A DNA stretch of 62,727 nucleotides, filler included, from an uncultured bacterium (GTDB lineage: Bacteria; DAOPZR01): assembly GCA_964637655.1 (NCBI GenBank). It is 30 parts of 30 records of this genome, joined end to end, with 100 filler letters (N's around TTAATTAATTAA, not from the genome) between each part and the next. Parts side by side here need not be neighbours in the genome. Positions count along the whole stretch, not along the records: positions 60,931 to 62,727 come from CAZWUZ010000468.1; 29 more parts are not named here. One strand, written 5' to 3'. How positions within the stretch are numbered: the stretch's first letter is position 1; every line of letters starts with the position of its first letter. This document shows, one piece after another, positions 60,931 to 62,727 of this stretch. The notes under the pieces were generated by a model. It had not been told where the DNA came from, searched no databases, and saw nothing but the letters and a program-made list of their open reading frames with translations. A program made the translations under genes and the position numbers.

Positions 60931-61240
60931 CTGCACCGGTGCGCACCTTCACCCCGTAGCGCAGCAGTGCATAGAATTCGCGGTTGCGGTCGTACAGGGA
61001 GAGTGTGAGGTTCCCTGCCGCCGAACTCAAGATATGCCAGGCGCGGCTGATCAGGTCGTTGCCCACCCCGCGCTGCTGCAGCGCCGCGCGGAAATGCTGC
61101 TCCTCAACATTGCGGTTGCCGTCGCGGTCCGTCCAGTCGCCCAGATGCGCATAGCCGAGCCCACCCGCCTGCGGCGGATCAGTGAACAGTTTCGCGATCC
61201 GCTGCTGCGTGCGCCGCTCGACCTGCCCGATGGTCGTCAT
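60931..61240 (-). CDS. hsdR: Type I restriction endonuclease subunit R, N-terminal fragment
   Basis: GQVERRTQQRI..LF...LGYAHLGDW.DR.GNRNVE...LYDRNREFYALLRYGVKV. Confidence 0.85.
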
Positions 61241-61244
61241 CGAT

Positions 61245-62438
61245 TCACCCGGCCTTCGCCGTGAATTCCGGGATGGCGCGCTTCATGAACTCGTCAAACA
61301 GCGGCACGGTAAAGGCCATGTCGCCGTAGGCCGGACTGTAGATCATCCCTTTTTTGATCAGGTTGGCGCGCAGCGGACCCATCGCATTGATTCGTATTTT
61401 CATGGTTTCGGCTATGTCGGCAGTGCGATATGGACCGGTTCCCAATTCAGCCATGGCCCGCAGGAATCTCCCTTCCCGCGGAGTCAGCCGGCTGAAACGC
61501 ACGCGGAAGAAATTGTCGTCAAGACGTCTGATGACCACCGGGGATATTGCACGCACCACCGCCAACGTGATGGGTGATGCCAGCGCGTGATTCCATGCCT
61601 GATAGCCCCATTCCTGAACGAAATACGGATACCCTTTGGTCAGCCGGTAAATCTCCTTCAGTGCCGATGCGGCAAACGCGGCCTGTGCCTCTTTGACCGG
61701 ATCCTGCAGCGCCGTTATTACCTCGGTTTCCGATAACGGACCGATGTCCGGAAAACTGAACAGACGCTCGGCGTATGATTTCGCTTCGCCGGCCAGCCCG
61801 GGCAGGATCGGCAGCCCGGCGCCGATCAGCACCAATGGCAGGCGGTGCTGCTGCAGTTTGTGCATCGCCATGATCAACGCGCTCAATTCAACCTGCTGCA
61901 GATATTGGATCTCATCGATCAAGATGGCTATGGCGGTTTTCCGCTCTTCCGCTGCCTCCGCCACGGCGACCAGAAGTTCCGGCAAATCAACTTCGAGATC
62001 GCCGCTATCCGCCGACCCACGCTCCGGTTCGATGTCCAAGCCGACGGTAAAATCACCGATCGACACCTTTACCGCACCGAGGAAACTTTTCAGCACGGCA
62101 ATGCCGCGTTTTACTTTTTGTCCGGCGCCGGCAAGCCGGTCAATTTCATAAAACAGTTTTCGCAGGTGCGTACCCAATAGCGCAGCCAGCGGTTTTTCCT
62201 CACTCGCTTCTATGCTGATCGTGTGATATCCCTGACGCAGCGCCAGACGCTCAATTTCATTCAATAACACGGTTTTGCCGACACCACGCAATCCGGTCAT
62301 AAGCAGGCTTTTCTCCGGCTTTCGTCTGCTCACCCGCCCCAAGAGAATAGTTGCTTGCTCCATAACATCATTTCTGCCAGCAAGTTCAGGAGGTGGCGAG
62401 CCGGCGCCAGGGGAGAAAGGATTATTGATCTTGTCCAT
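61245..62438 (-). CDS. P-loop AAA ATPase with C-terminal winged helix
   Basis: NPFSPGAG..PP.LAGR, GLRGVGKT, LIDEIQ, GYPYFVQ, FTVPLF. Confidence 0.85.
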   Translation of the reverse strand: MDKINNPFSPGAGSPPPELAGRNDVMEQATILLGRVSRRKPEKSLLMTGLRGVGKTVLLNEIERLALRQGYHTISIEASEEKPLAALLGTHLRKLFYEIDRLAGAGQKVKRGIAVLKSFLGAVKVSIGDFTVGLDIEPERGSADSGDLEVDLPELLVAVAEAAEERKTAIAILIDEIQYLQQVELSALIMAMHKLQQHRLPLVLIGAGLPILPGLAGEAKSYAERLFSFPDIGPLSETEVITALQDPVKEAQAAFAASALKEIYRLTKGYPYFVQEWGYQAWNHALASPITLAVVRAISPVVIRRLDDNFFRVRFSRLTPREGRFLRAMAELGTGPYRTADIAETMKIRINAMGPLRANLIKKGMIYSPAYGDMAFTVPLFDEFMKRAIPEFTAKAG

Positions 62439-62618
62439 TTCATTCCTCCACGTTATAGCGACTTCTATCAAGTTCTACGCTATTATACCACACTTTTGGC
62501 ATATTTGTGTAGAACTGTGGATAAGTTGCTATAACCGCGCGGTGCGCTGTCATGACAAATCTCTCGCCCAGCCATATACCCGGCCCTCTCGCCGCTTCCG
62601 GAAGGTAAAAAACACACG

Positions 62619-62726
62619 TCAGCCACCGCGCGCCGGCCGAATTATGATTTCCGCCAGCGCATGGTCGCAGTCCATCACCTCAAAATACTCCGGAACAAAG
62701 TCACCCAGCCACTCGCGCGCCTCTTC
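62619..62726 (-). CDS. C-terminal fragment resembling the plasmid pRiA4b ORF-3 family
   Basis: EEAREWLGDFVPEYFE resembles the family's EW.G..FDPE.F tail (from recall). Confidence 0.4.
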   Translation of the reverse strand, partial: EEAREWLGDFVPEYFEVMDCDHALAEIIIRPARGG

Positions 62727-62727
62727 G

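Overview
This is not contiguous DNA. It is about 30 short (about 1.8-2.2 kb), length-sorted, GC-rich bacterial contigs joined by artificial 100-nt spacers (N44-TTAATTAATTAA-N44), so gene neighbourhoods are meaningful only within a contig and most genes are truncated. Core genes include tuf-rpsJ-rplC, alaS, rpoN, hisG, argB, the eno 3' end, metY, flgH/flgI, hrpB, malic enzyme, split fumarase, tRNA-Met(CAT) and tRNA-Thr(CGT). There are also signalling proteins, TPR and outer-membrane proteins, and glycan-modification genes, consistent with a flagellated diderm; a mixed bin cannot be excluded. The accessory content is the most notable part. (1) A complete IS1111-type IS110 element carries, in its 3' non-coding region, a readable candidate bridge/seek RNA whose guides match its own insertion site. 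(2) A reverse-orientation integron carries two toxin-antitoxin cassettes with attC sites. (3) A RAYT-type Y1 transposase is present, with a related-looking MITE-like element on another contig. (4) A multicopy IS end interrupts an ankyrin gene. (5) Two contigs look phage-derived. (6) Several short intergenic repeat families are present. No database searches were run; family calls come from recognised motifs.
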